A stretch of DNA of 64,000 bases, taken from assembly GCF_032444005.1 (NCBI RefSeq), contig NC_091285.1, positions 13,082,001-13,146,000 on the forward strand, written 5' to 3'. The stretch's first letter is position 1, and each line of letters begins with the position of its first letter. The stretch comes from Ranitomeya imitator. Taxonomy: Eukaryota. Shown one piece after another: positions 1 through 16,217 of this stretch. The translations under genes and the position numbers were made by a program. The notes beneath the pieces are model-generated. The model was given only the letters and a program-made list of their open reading frames with translations. It made no database searches and was not told where the DNA came from.

Positions 1-226
1 TCTGCTCTGCGGGAGCTGGAAACATCGGGCACTAAAGGGTTAACACCAAGTGTCTGCGGGGAGTGACCCTGTGGGCGGAGCCATAGCCCTACTGAGTGCT
101 GATTGGCTGAGCGCTGAATATAAAATTCCCGCCCAACGGCTGATAGTTTCTCTCGCTCTTTGTTCTCCTCAGTAACACGTGGTGTCATGGCGGCGGCTCC
201 TGACAGACTGAGGGGATATTGTAGAT
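1..226 (+). promoter_or_regulatory. Repeated promoter module (GC box, inverted CCAAT, TATA-like, E2F-like site) plus candidate coding exon 1 (187-220); 5'-truncated by the window edge
   Basis: gggcggag, ctgattggctg, aatataaaa and ttcccgcc, then ATG GCG GCG GCT CCT GAC AGA CTG AGG GGA TAT T|gtagat. Homologous copies occur across the window. Confidence 0.65.
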
Positions 227-1572
227 TCCATGTGACTGTATATTATACTTTTTGATGAAAGATCATCCTATGGCCGTATATACGGCTTTATATGGGGTTA
301 TGTAGCGCTATATGTTGTGTGATACTATAGAATACGTGTATTGAGGACATAATGCAATTATACTGTGTACCAGGCAATTAAGCTCTATATATCCTCAATA
401 GACCTCTGTATACTGCCATATGGTGCTTTATATCCCCCTCCATATTCTGTATACCCCTATATCGTGTTATAGACTGATGTATATGGCAAAGTAGGTATTA
501 ATGTCTGTATACTGCCACATTGTGCTATATGCCCATATATTGCTGAATACCTTATTATTTATATAGCATCGTTGATTCCATGGTGCTGTACACGAGAAGG
601 GGTTACATACAAATTACAGATATCACTAACAGTAAGCAAACTAACAATGACTGACTGATACAGAGGGGCGAGGACCCTGCGGGCTTACATTCTACATATG
701 TTGTGCTATATAGTGTATATATCTCTATAGAACAGTATTCCTCCATAGTCACATATATGGCACCATTTATTCCATGGCGCTTTACACGTGAAAAGGGGCA
801 AATATAGATAAGTACAATAAATATGCCTCATACACAATGCTATATTGATATGTACAGCCCATAATGATAATATATAGCACTATAGATAAGATATTGAGAA
901 CTATTTAGCACAATATGGCAGTATGCAGCACTAAATAGGAGTATTTGGTACTATATGGGGAGAATACAGCACTATTTTGCCATATACAACGGTTTAACTA
1001 TATGGGGGGTTTACAGAACAATATGGATTAATACAGCACTTAGTGATGTATGGTATACCACAGCATATTGCACTATACAGAGGGTATAAAGCACTATATA
1101 GGGGTACATGACATTATAGCAGTGAGATTATTGGGTTACATGACATTTTAGCCTAATAATGGAATGTTGTGCTTCCTATGCCCCCTGATGTTCACACTGC
1201 CCCCCATATCCTGCACACACTGGATATATACATAGAGCGGCAGCTCTGGCCGCCCTGAAGGCTCCGACTCCGGAGGATAAGATGTAGAGAAGAACAGCCG
1301 CATGCAGCCATCAATCCTCCGGATCCTTCAAGCTAAACAAGGCTCTTATCCTTGTTTTATGTGGAGTGATGCTGTAATACAATATTACATGTATGAAACG
1401 TCACAATGATGGAAGTTACACGATAATCCCCACTGTGCCAAGCAATTATGGAGACAGGATTAACTGCAGCTATATCCCCCAATGCTACGCAAAATCTGTG
1501 CCATGTAACACATCCATACAGAACATCACAGCAGAGATCAGCGGTGTCAGCTCTTGTGGTGACGGTGTGGGT

Positions 1573-1588
1573 GGCTCTTAGAAGAGCC
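1573..1588 (-). terminator. Histone 3' stem-loop of H2A-1 (GGCTCT-TCTA-AGAGCC) with downstream AAGAGCTG HDE
   Basis: Canonical 6-bp stem and 4-nt loop. Equivalent H2A elements at 12108-12123, 21711-21726, 29035-29050, 39457-39472, 51391-51406 and 56627-56642. Confidence 0.95.
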
Positions 1589-1623
1589 TTTGGGTTGTGT
1601 GGATGATACGGGGTCAGTGTCGC

Positions 1624-2721
<1,098 letters not shown>

Positions 2722-3619
2722 TCTGCTCCGTGCTCTGCACCCACAACCCAAAGGCTCTTCTAAGAGCCACCCACCCCGTCTACATCAGAGCTGTGGCTGC
2801 TTTTGTTCTACTCTTTTCAATGGGGAACATGTGGCTGCACTGACCGGCATCTCATTTGTTCAGAGGCTCAGACGAGGGTCTGTTTCTATCCTTAGAGCAC
2901 AAGTTGGAGGGAGATTAGAGGAAGGTGATATAAAGATGGGGAGAATGATGATGTTGATAGTGGTCTATAGAGCGGATGTGGAATGCTGGGAATGGTCTGG
3001 CCATAAAGGGGCAGATGCCGGCCACCATTAATGCCCTATTGCACTTCACTGGATCCTGTTCTCCCAGAGTGCGGAGTCCTAGTTCTCTGGTTACGTTGTT
3101 CTGCTGACAATAGGTGGAGATGGGCTGTGTAAGGGCTTTCAGTGTTAGTGATGTTTCCAGCAGTTTCTATTAAATCTCATTGGAGCTCTGTGTGTTCTCG
3201 CTGATATTCCTGATATTACACACGCTCTGCTCTGCAAACAGCTGAAGGCACAGGGTCAATAAGCTCCTAAAGGATGATCTATTTGTAGGTCTGAATCTCA
3301 CATTAATGGAGCAGTAGTGTCTTGACACAGGCGCTGCTGCTACGTGAGCAGAGCACAATACGGAGGGTATAAAGCACTTTGAGGGTTTATAGCACTACAT
3401 GGAGGAATACAGTAGTATATAATAATTTACATAGCGCCAACATATTCCGCAGCGCTTTACAGTTTAACAGTTTCAAACACAATTTCAAACACAACAGTCA
3501 TAAATAACAACGTTAACAAGAATACAATAATTGGAGCAAAATAAAAAATGGAGGTTATACACCACTATGTAGATGGTGAGAATACAGCACTAAAATTGAC
3601 AGACTGATCTCCAGATCTG

Positions 3620-4236
<617 letters not shown>

Positions 4237-5004
4237 GATCTCTGTTCTGCTGAAACACAAAGGCTCTTCTAAGAGCCCCCCACATCTTCTGAGGAGAAGC
4301 TACAGCTGCTGGGGAGGAGGGGAAGGGGCTGCAGATAGTACTGTGCTGGGATGACTGCAGCTGGGAACATTGCAGGCACTAATGGGTTAACACTGAGGGT
4401 CTTGGGGGGGTTAAGGAATCTGGTGCTGTGTGGGGTGGATCCATAGTACTATTTGGTGTTCATGTCAGGAATATACAGGCTATATGGAGGGTATACAGCA
4501 CAGTGTGGAAAGCGTATAGGCATCAATAGCACAATTTGTGTATACGGCACTAGATGAACGGGATTGTGAAGGAAACCATTTTATCATCCACCTTGTTCCC
4601 TGAATTAACCATGTTCATGTACTTTACTCCAAGCATCCCCCAACCTTGAAGAACAAGTTCTGGACTCTGTATGACGGCAGGCCATATCCATTGTGCTTGT
4701 CAGGATCACCCTGAACACTTACAATTAATTTGCATACTTGTCTATATAATCCTGGCTGAGTCTAAATAAGCAGAAATTTACATTATGCGCAAAATAATAG
4801 AAGAAATCTGAATCCTCACAATAGCCTTTATTTCCATATATACAGAGGCACTGGGACCTGCACACTCTATTACAGATGAAAACATGAACAAAATATCAGT
4901 TCTTAAGCTGAAAATGAAGAAGGAATAATCGGATGCTCAACAAAAAATACCAGTGTGTGCAATTTCATTTACAAACTTGAATATTTACAGCATAAACTGA
5001 AACT

Positions 5005-7675
5005 TGATTTACAGGGTCTGTGCACACGTTGCAGATTTGCCTGTGGAATTTTCTGTGCAGATTCTTCCCTCTCTTGCCAGAAAATGCAGGTGTGGATTTG
5101 CTGCTTTTTTGCTGTTTTTTTTTTATGCGTTTTTTTCTTCATGCAGATTTGTATTCGTTTTTGAAATCTAAATACAGATCTATTATTGAACAAAAAAAAA
5201 AAAAGTGATTTCTGGTCCAACCTCCCCTTTAACATTTGTCCAACCCACACTCCATTACACACACAGATAGACAAGATAGATAAATAGAAGGAATGAGATA
5301 GACATATATATCTATAGATACAGTAGATATCTCTATAGATATATATATATATATATCTATAGATCTATCTCTATCTAAATCTATCTACAGTATAAATCTT
5401 TCTATCGATACATCTATCCATCTATAGATCTGTCTATCTATAGATAGAAAAAAACTGCTTTAGGCCGGGGTCACAATTTACGAGAATCTCGCACCTCAAT
5501 ACCCAACACTGCCTCGGACAGGAGCGTTCAGCTGCATAGAAATACATGGAGCCGCACACTCCGGTCCAGAATGCCACTTGCAGTGTCGGGTATTAAGGCG
5601 AGAGACTCGTGCAACTTTCTAGTAAGTGTGACCTCAACCATAAACGCAATATGTTTAATAAAAAAAAAAAAAATTGTGTGGGCTCCCGCGCAATTTTCAA
5701 GTCCAGAGTGGGAAAGCCAGCGACTGGGGGTCGGTGCTGATAGCCTAGGAAGCAGGTAATACCCACGGCCCCCTCCCAGGCTATGAATATCAGCCCACAG
5801 CTGTCTGCGCGGCCTTTACTGGCTATTAAAATAGGGGGACCCCAAAAAAATGATGTGGGGTCCCCCTCTATTTTATAGCCAAAAAGGCTATGCAGACAGC
5901 TGCGGCCTGATATTCATAGCCTAGAGAGGAGCCATGGATATTGCCCCCCCCCAGCTTCAAATACCAGCCGACAACCGCCTCAGAAATGGCGCATCTGTAA
6001 GGCGCGCCAATTCTGGAACTTAGCCCCTCTCTTCCCACTGCCCTGTAGCGGTGGGATATGGGGTAAGAAGGGCAACTGTCACCCCCCTCCAGCCGTTATA
6101 AACTAAAAGAGCCACCTTGTGCAGCAGGTGATGCTGCATTCTAACAAGGTGGCTCTTTTAGTTTTTGTTTCTGCTATTCCCACAATAAATGTATTTATAA
6201 TTCTGCTGAAATACCTGTCTTTGTCCATGGAGGCGGGTCTGAAGCCTCCTCTTAGAATCGCCCAACTGCCGTCAGTCATCTCTTGTGTAGATTTTCGCCG
6301 CCCCCTCAGCGCTGTTATTGTGTGAATTCCGGCGCCTGCGCTCTGCTCTTCTGCCTTGTGCAGGCGCTTAGAGCATTTGCCGTCCTAGCGCTGGTGCCGG
6401 GTTCCGTTCTGCGCCTGTGCGGCCACCCTGTTACTGAATCCCCGCCCCGCACTGTGTTATGCATTATGCACAGTGCGGGGCTGGGATTCCTGGGCATGCG
6501 CACTGCGCTTCTCAGACGCTCCCCAGGTCCCCCGCCTTTCAGCGTTGCCGGAATATACAGGTATCCTTGCCGGCGTCTGGAACAGCCGCACAGAACAACG
6601 CTGGAAGGCGGGGGACCTGTGGTGACAGTGGCCCTTTAATGTCACCTTTGAATTGTAAGGTGGCATTAAGCCCGGTTAATAATGGAGAGGCGTCAATAAG
6701 GTACCTATATATTACTAATCCTATAGTAGCGAAAGAGTTTAAAAAAAAAAAAAAAAAAAGACAGCCAGAAAAAAGTATTTTAATATTCTTAATTTCACCA
6801 TACTTACCATACTCAATCGCCTGCAAAAAATAAAAATAATAAACGAACCGTATACTCCCTGTGTGACGCAGTCCAATTAATAACGAGTGTCCGACAACGA
6901 TCTCCCCTATAGAACAGTGACATCGGGTGATATCACTGCTCCATAGGCCTCCAGTGACGCACGACAGGAGACAATGGCTCCTGCAGTGCATCACTGAAGA
7001 GGTTACTTTAGTTCATTGCTCTCACTTTATGGCAATGCTGTGTGGGAAATTTTCCACGCAGCAGTGCCGAAAGTGACAGTATGAACAACAATACTCACAG
7101 CGGCGGAGGGATGCCTTCAGTCATTGAATCCCGGATCAATGGAGAGTGGTCGCATCTACAGATGTGACAGATCTCCACGGGATATCATCATGGGACACTC
7201 GTTATTAAAAGGATTACTGCGGATCAGGGAGTATATTGTTGTTTTATTATTTTAATATTTTTTGCAGGTAATCAATGGCTTCTGGGACAAGGTGATTGGT
7301 GAGTATGTACTCTATGTTGTATGTTCTGTATATGTGTGTATGTGTTTTGGTTTTTTTTACACTTGAACACAGTAGCCTGATGATGGGACTATACTGTCCC
7401 ATTATCCGGCTACCTGTCACTGTAGCAGGCATTGCCGGATAGGACTAGCAGTCCCATCGGTTGATGCCTGCCTACATACATCCTCGCACACACGCAGCTC
7501 TGCACACAACGCCCCGTGATCCCCGCACAAGCCTACGATTCCCGCACAGCCCCGTGATCCCCGCACAGCCACACACACAAACACCCGCACCCAGACAGTC
7601 TCTGCCCACACACTCTTCCCCCTCCCGATCTGCATCGTTTCTCGCACCCAACTCCGCATCAAAAATAAGTGATTC
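5005..7675. mobile_element. Composite of non-autonomous DNA transposon/MITE fragments (Harbinger-like and TTAA-type)
   Basis: Termini such as ggccggggtcaca and ggtgacagtggccctttaa, internal palindromes, no coding capacity. Boundaries approximate. Confidence 0.5.
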
Positions 7676-7695
7676 TTCAGAATTACTTTTACTCT

Positions 7696-7736
7696 TTGCC
7701 TGATGAAGAGACCTGTGTAGTCTCGAAATCTTGCAA
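7696..7736 (+). ncRNA. Minimal type I hammerhead-like ribozyme motif
   Basis: ttgc-CTGATGA-a-gagac[ctgtgta]gtctc-GAAA-tct-t-gcaa: canonical core with stems I and II formed. Confidence 0.6.
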
Positions 7737-7903
7737 TTTGTTACCATCTTTTCAGTTAGCCATTAAAAGGTATCAACTATTGAGGACTCTCAATTCTAAA
7801 TATTTTTCTATCTACTGGCTAACATGGTACCAAGATATATATCTTTCCGATGTCACTTCACAAATTCTCAATCTGATTGAGGTCTGATGAATGGGCGGCC
7901 ACT

Positions 7904-8290
7904 TCAAAATATCGTTGATCTGCTCTGTTTGAGGTTGTTGTCCTGCCGAAACAGCCATTTCAAGAGCATTTCTCCTTCAGCATAAGACAACAGGACCTCT
8001 TCCAGTATTTTGATATATTCAAACTGGTCCATAATTATGTGATAAATGGGCCCAACTCCGCAGTATGAGAAACATCCCCAAACCATTCTGCTTGCACCTC
8101 CATGTTCTACAGTCTTCAGTGTACTTTGGCTTGAATTTTGTGTTTGTGTCGTCTCACAAACTGTCTGTGGCTTTTAGACCCAGTACAAAACAATCTTGCT
8201 CTCATCTGTCCATAGAATGTTGCACCACTTTTCTTTAGGCCAGTCGATGTGTTCTTTGGCAAACTGTAACCTCTTCAAAATGTGTTTTTG
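7904..8290 (-). mobile_element. Degenerate Tc1 transposase fragment
   Basis: ORF 7904-8086 MVWGCFSY.GVGPI...F.QDN matches the Tc1 DDE region. Confidence 0.75.
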
Positions 8291-8973
8291 TTTTTAAGCA
8301 GCAATGTAGGGCCGGCTCCAGGTTTTCGTGGGCCCTAGGCAGAAAAGTCTCAGTGGGCCCTTTCTCCCGCTCTTTGTTCTCCTCTGTGTAACAGGTGGTG
8401 CACACTGCTATATAGAGGGACAAAACATTATATGGCCGTATATGGGGCTATATGGAGGGTGTATGGTGCTATTTGGGCATAGACCGCATCATAGGGAGGA
8501 ATACAGCACGATATGCAGTGTATGAGACATTAATACAGCACCATATGGGGTGTGACACTCTATGGCGATATATAGCAGGATACATAGAAGGTATTCAGCA
8601 CTATACAGTAATATATAACTTAAGTGTAAGGACATATACAGCACTATTTGGAGGGTATATAGCACTATATAGGGATATTTGGCACTATATGTGGAAAAAA
8701 CACTATGTTCGTATACACATCAGTTAATAGCTATATGGAGGGATTTCAGCCTTATATGGATGTATACAGTGCAGCACTCCCCTACATCTCCCTCAATTCT
8801 GTTTATCAGCCTACCCGCTTGTTTCACTCTGCAAGTGACTTTTGACTCATATCCGTACTAATCCGTACCTCCCACTCCCAACTTCTCATGAGTTGCACTA
8901 ATTTTCTGGAATGCTCTACCCCAAGAAATCAGGGATGATCACAAGTTATAGAGTTTAGACAATCCCTCGCGAC

Positions 8974-10418
8974 TAGTGTTGAGCGATACCGTCCGATACT
9001 TGAAAGTATCGGTATTGGATAGTATCGGCCGATACCCGAAAAGTATCGGATATCGCCGATACCGATACCCGATACCAATACAAGTCAATGGGACACCAAG
9101 TATCGGAAGGTATCCTGATGGTTCCCAGGGTCTGAAGGAGAGGAAACTCTCCTTCAGGCCCTGGGATCCATATTAATGTGTAAAATAAAGAATTAAAATA
9201 AAAAATATTGACATATTCACTTCTCCGGAGGCCCCTGGACATCACCGCGTTTAGGACGTGAGAATGACGTCGCGGCTTGATTGGTCGCGTGCCGCTCATG
9301 TGACCGCCACGCGACCAATCAGAAGCCACGACATCATTCTCAGGTCCTAAATTCCTAGAATGAGGAGTTTAGGGCCTGAGAATGACGTCGCGGCTTGTGA
9401 TTGGTCGCGTGGCGGTCACATGAGCGGCACGCGACCAATCAGAAGCCGTGACTGTGATGGGGTGTACGGCAGAGCAAGAAGGGACAACAGGCCGAGGGAT
9501 GATTCAACAGATTTATTATCAAGAACGCTGGAACAACACATGCAGGTAGATCTTCAGAGTCCACAATTAGTCCAACGGAACATATTCGGGGGCACCTCCC
9601 GATAATCCTTGTGCCAGGTAACAAAGCAATAGTCCACAATTAGTCCAAGGGATCCCAAAACAATCTCACGAACGACGAGATATGTCCTCAGCTCAAGTCT
9701 CGCCCCGTTTGCTTCCGCAGTCCCAGATGGACGTGGGGTCTTGCCTCAGCTAAGAATCCCCACTCCTTCTCCTTCAATGATCAACTCACATCTGATCTCA
9801 AAATAAGAATGGATTGTCTGAGCTCCTGGGATCCGCCCATGAAGGGGGGTAGGGGTCACACTTTCTATTCAATGGTTGGGTCCACCAGAAGATTCTAGAC
9901 TGGTGGGCTCCACATAGTCTATGTAGTATGTACATTTGACTAGCCACCTGCTGTGAGGAAGAATGGCTATTCTTTCACTAGTGGTATTGACAAAGCTTAA
10001 TCACATTATAGCTTAGGGCTGCAAGTATTGGGGAAGGAGACATACTGTTCCAGGTGAACTCCCAGCCCAAGAAAATACATAAATTACAGCTAATAGACAC
10101 CAGAGAACAGTTACATACATCAAATGGCGTATTATTCAAATACAGGACAGGGCAAAAGTACAGATCATGACAGTGACGTCATGGAACTCCCTAAACGCGC
10201 TCATTTTAAACAAAGAAGGCTGCCGGTTACAAGCGGTGATGTCCAGGGGCCTCCGGAGAGGTGAATATATCAATATTTTTTATTTTAATTCTTTATTTTA
10301 CACATTAATATGGATCCGATACCGATTTCCGATACCACAAAAGTATCGGAACTCGGTACCGGAATTCCGATACCGCAAGTATCGGCCGATACTTGCGGTA
10401 TCGGAATGCTCAACACTA
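8974..10418. mobile_element. hAT-type MITE (TIR TAGTGTTGAGC) containing a nested solo LTR
   Basis: TIRs tagtgttgagc...gctcaacacta. 8-bp TSD CTCGCGAC at 8966-8973 and 10419-10426. Confidence 0.9.
9453..10172 (-). mobile_element. Solo LTR
   Basis: TG...CA termini, 5-bp TSD GTGAC (9448-9452, 10173-10177), AATAAA on the minus strand near 9510. Confidence 0.8.
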
Positions 10419-11437
10419 CTCGCGACCTATCACGTTCCCTAATCAAAGTTCTTTTTATACTTATATAGTCCATTCTCTACCTCTGATAACTAGTAAACTC
10501 CACAGCTCAAGCATCCTTTATCCCCATTCCCTCAAGATGGCTGGACCATCATTGTAAATAAGCCCCTGTACTTTATCTCCCCACCACCTCATTGTTGATT
10601 GTAAGCTCTCATGTGCAGGATCGTCATTATTTAGCTTTAATTATTGTATTATTTTTCACATTGTTACTTACGACTGTCGTATATGAGCTATTACATTGTA
10701 ACGTGTTGCAGAATATGTTGGCGCTATATAACTAAACATTATATGGCACAATTTGGAGGTTATGAAGCACTACGCTGATTTATACCGAACTATATTTTGG
10801 TATATAGCACAATATTGGGGTACACAGCACTATATGGGAGTACATGACATGGCAGTGAGATTGTTGGTTATATGACATTTTAGCTTAATGATGGAAGGTT
10901 GTGATTCCTGTGACCCCTAATGTGGACATTGCCCCCCACACTCTGCACACACTGGATCTATCTATCTATATATATCTATCTATATATATATCTATTATTA
11001 TTTATTGTTATAGCGCCATTTATTCCATGGCGTTTTACATGTGAGGAGGGGTATACATGATAAAAACAAGTACAATAATCTTAAACAATACAAGTCATAA
11101 CTGGTACAGAAGGAGAGAGGACCCTGCCCGCGAGGGCTCACAATCTACAAGGGATGGGTGAGGATACAGTAGGTGAGTATCTATATCTATCTCTCCATCT
11201 CTATCTATATCTATCTATATCTCTATCTGTACATAAATAATAAATAAATCACCTATTTTTTCTATTAGAGTGCTGCCTTCATTTTTCTGGACAATAGCAT
11301 GAGGTTTGGTATATACCTGGAAGGGCTCACAATCTACAAGGGACGGGTGAGGATACTGTAGGTAAGTATCTATATCTATATATAGCTATCTATCTATATA
11401 TAGCTATCTCTATCTCTCTGCCCTGTCCTTCCACAAA

Positions 11438-11453
11438 GGCTCTTTGCAGAGTC
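11438..11453 (+). pseudogene. Orphan degenerate histone stem-loop (no CDS)
   Basis: ccacaaa-GGCTCT-TTGC-AGAGTC-accaccc. Flank homologous to 16156-16200. Confidence 0.6.
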
Positions 11454-12157
11454 ACCACCCTACAGAACAATGAATGTAAAATTCCCATATTAAAGCTGAT
11501 AGTTTCTCCTCAGTGTAATAAGTGGTGCACAGCGCTAAATGAAGGGAAACAACATCTTATAGAGCTATATGACCGTATTCAGCACTATATAGGAGGTACA
11601 TCGCAATCGCACTACATGGTGGCATAACACAATATGGGGTGTGTATATATTTGGATATCCCCCCCCCCATACACCACAATTAATGCACAGTCCTCACATC
11701 ACATGTGGCAGCACATAGGGTCATACTGCAGTGCACTAGTGCTGCCACCAGGAGCAGCATCTGCCCACAATACTCATCTAATGCACAGTGCCCATCACAG
11801 GTCATAACTATGAACGTGTTACCTTACTGCATGTTTATTACTCACACCTTAGACTACAGGACCTGGAGGTTGGGGGAGAGGAGGGTGTAAGACCTGATAC
11901 CAGACCAGTAAGTGCCAGTTCACAGCAGATTATAAACCATCATCAGTCCCACTGTGCCAACCCAATAGTGACAGGATTATACCCACTGCATCTACACTAC
12001 AGCTCTTGTATACTGATGTTATACAGAGAATCAGCCACATAACAGATCTGTATGCACAGAACATCACAGCAGAGATCAGCGGCTTCAGCTCTTGTGACGG
12101 TGTGGGTGGCTCTTAGAAGAGCCTTTGGGTTGTGTAGATAGATGGGATCAGTGTTGC

Positions 12158-13274
<1,117 letters not shown>

Positions 13275-13394
13275 TCTGCTCCGTGCTCTGCACCCACAAC
13301 CCAAAGGCTCTTCTAAGAGCCACCCACCCTGTCTACATCAGAGCTGTGGCTGCACTGGCTGGGTCTGTGTCCTGCTGCACTGACCGGCATTGAA

Positions 13395-13800
13395 AGGGAT
13401 GATTTGCAAAATATGTTTTAGAAAGTAATTTAATTACCGACCACCAGTATGGAATCCTGAAAAATGTCTCAACCCAAATGTTGGGTGTCTAGAAGGTAAG
13501 TGCCAATCTGGATATTTGTAATGCGGCCAATGTGATATGTGGATTGATTATACTAAACCACACAACAGCCTTATACCGACGCTCCAGAACCTGGGAATAT
13601 AGAATATATACACTATATGCAGATGGGAGAACTGGCTAAAAAACAGGGAACTGGTGTAAATAGTTTTTTTTTTTTATAACAAACAATGGCCTTGTGGATG
13701 GGACTGAGTAAAGTGTCAGCCTTTGCTATTGACACCACTATGCAGGATAATAAACTGACCTCGATATTACAATGCCATTACAAGCCTACAGCCTGCAGTG
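13395..13800 (+). mobile_element. Degenerate CR1 LINE RT fragment downstream of H2B-2
   Basis: Homologous to 22973-23470, which translates to ...LDFAKASDTEPHNSL. Confidence 0.6.
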
Positions 13801-14911
13801 ATCCTCAACCTACTGAACGGCCGCACAGCCAGCTCTTCCCTCTCCTAGTGTATCCTCACCATCCCCTGCAGACTGTGAGCCCTCGCGGGCAGGGTCCTCC
13901 CTCCTTATGTACTCGTGTGCCTTGTTATCTGCTCATGTTTAATGTATTTGTCTATATTTGCCCCGTATTCACATGTAAAGCGCCATGGAATAAATGGCGC
14001 TATAAAAATGTATAATAATAAAATAATTATTATACATTTCTATAGCCGCATTTATTCCATGGCGCTTTACATGTGAAAGGGGCGAATATAGACAAATACA
14101 ATAGACCTGAGTAACACAAGGCGCACAGGAGCACAGAGGGAGGGAGGACCCGGCCTTATTTATAGAGGGGAAACATCTAGAATACGGAATCCAGTTTGCG
14201 GCACATTATAAAAATCAAATATTAAAAAAAGCGGCAACACCTCCCGCTGTCACCTTCCACTGATCCCAGAGCGCTGGGTCCTAGTGCCGCCAGACTCCAG
14301 TGTTCTCCTGGTAATAGGCGCAGATGAGCTGTTAACTCTTTCAGCGCTTAGCGATATTTTCAGCAGTTTCTCATTGTTCTGTTCAAAATGTTCTAATGAT
14401 ATAACGCAGCGGTCACTCCCCGGACCAGAGGCTCCTGATCAATGATGAACTCACAATCACTGATCTATGGGTCTGAATCCCACTGGTTTATCGCAGCCGG
14501 AGCTACAAGAGCAAAGCACAGGAGGGTGTATAGCGCTATACAGGGGTATAATATGGATTTATACAGCACTATATGGGGGTATATAGCACTATATGGAGTA
14601 TACAGCAGGATATGGGGGTATAAAGGAGGAGATGCAGCACAATAGAAGGGTATACAGCAAGATATGGAGGTTATACGGCAATATATGGGGTATAAAGGAG
14701 GATATGAAGGGTACATAGCATTATATTATGAAGTATACAGCAGGATATGGAGGGTATAAAGGAGGATATGGAGGAGATACAGCACAATATAGCGGTATAC
14801 AACAAGATATGGAGGTTATACGGCAATATATTGGGGTATACAGTAGGATATGGGGTATACACATATAGTTCTGTATGGCTACGTTCACATTAGCGTTGCG
14901 CCGGAAAAAGT

Positions 14912-15210
14912 GCGGGAAATTCAAAATCCCCAACAGTTCTGTGCTCCGCCCACATGTGAGGAGAAGCCGCGGCTCCTGCTGCTGGGGGAGGGGCTGGTAA
15001 TCGCCCGGTGCCCGGATGGCTGCAGTCTGCTCTGCGGGAGCTGGAAACATCGGGTACTAAAGGGTTAACACCAAGCGTCTGCGGGGAAGTGACCCTGTGG
15101 GCGGAGCCATAGCCCTACTGAGTGCTGATTGGCTGAGCGCTGAATATGAAATTCCCGCCCAACGGCTGATAGTTTCTCCCGCTCTTTGTTCTCCTCAGTA
15201 ACACGTGGTG
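14912..15210 (+). promoter_or_regulatory. Repeated E2F/CHR-GC-CCAAT promoter module (exon 1 lost)
   Basis: gcgggaaattcaaaatcccc...gggcggag...ctgattgg...ttcccgcc; near-identical to 1-200 and 43681-43976. Confidence 0.7.
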
Positions 15211-16123
15211 CAGAGCGCTGTATGGAGGGAGGGAAATGATATATGGCCGTATACAGCGCTATATGGAGGGTGTATGGTACTATTTGGGCATAGACCGCGT
15301 CACATGGAGGAATACAGCACGATATGCAGTGTATGAGGCATTATATCCTGGCACACAGCACTATATGGGGTGTATGAGGCATTATATGGGGTGTGACATT
15401 ATCTGGTGATATATAGCACCATAGATGAGGTATTCAGCACTATATGGCCATATACAGCACAATATTAATGCTGAGGGCGGACACAGCGCTATTTCCAGGG
15501 TATATAGGGATATTCTTCACTATCTGTGGACATAGTCACAGAGAAGGGGGAATGGGAGAGAGTCCGCTCACCCCAGTGGCAGCACGGAGAAGCCTGGAAC
15601 CAGCAGAGGCGAAACAGAGGAACGAAAATCCAGTGAGGCCGGAGGTACAGTATGTACAATAAAATCCACATGTATGATAGAAAGATGAATGAGAAGTGCC
15701 CGACAGATCCAGTGTGACCGAGTCCTGCGCCTTCCAGCTCTTCGGGGCCTCAGTCAGGTCACTTATCTTGGGTCTCAGTCACACTGGATCTGTCGGGCAC
15801 TTTTAATACAATTTTCTACAATAAATTTGGATGTTATCGTACATAGCTGCTGCCTCGATGGTTTTTCGTTCTATATGTGGGAAAAACACTATTTTGATGT
15901 ACACATCAGTATATAGCGCTATATGGAGGGTTTCAGCACTATACGTATGTATACGGCACAATGTGGAGAGTATAAAACACTACACGGACGTATACAGAAC
16001 TATATGTTGGTATATAGCCCAATACTGAGGTTCAGAGCAGTATACGAGCTGATAGAGCACTATATGGAGATATGTGCAGTATATGATCTATAGCTAGACC
16101 ACTATATGGAGCTGTGATACAGA

Positions 16124-16217
16124 CAAGGAGCCTCACCTAAGAAATAAGCAGCAGCTGCCCCGTCCTTCTCCCACAAAGGCTTTATTTCATAGCCACCACC
16201 TTGTCCCGGCAGAGCTG
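16124..16217 (+). pseudogene. Orphan histone 3' end, probable H1 relic
   Basis: caa gga gcc tca cct aag aaa taa (QGASPKK*), degenerate stem-loop GGCTTTATTTCATAGCC-ACC at 16178-16194, HDE-like CAGAGCTG at 16210-16217. Confidence 0.5.

Larger units (their letters stand above)
8770..10740 (+). mobile_element. L2-like LINE 3' fragment split by a hAT MITE
   Basis: Resembles the L2-type 3' end at 27180-28175 (ttctggaatgctctacc; gattgtaagctc tail). Continuous across the MITE TSD. Confidence 0.55.
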
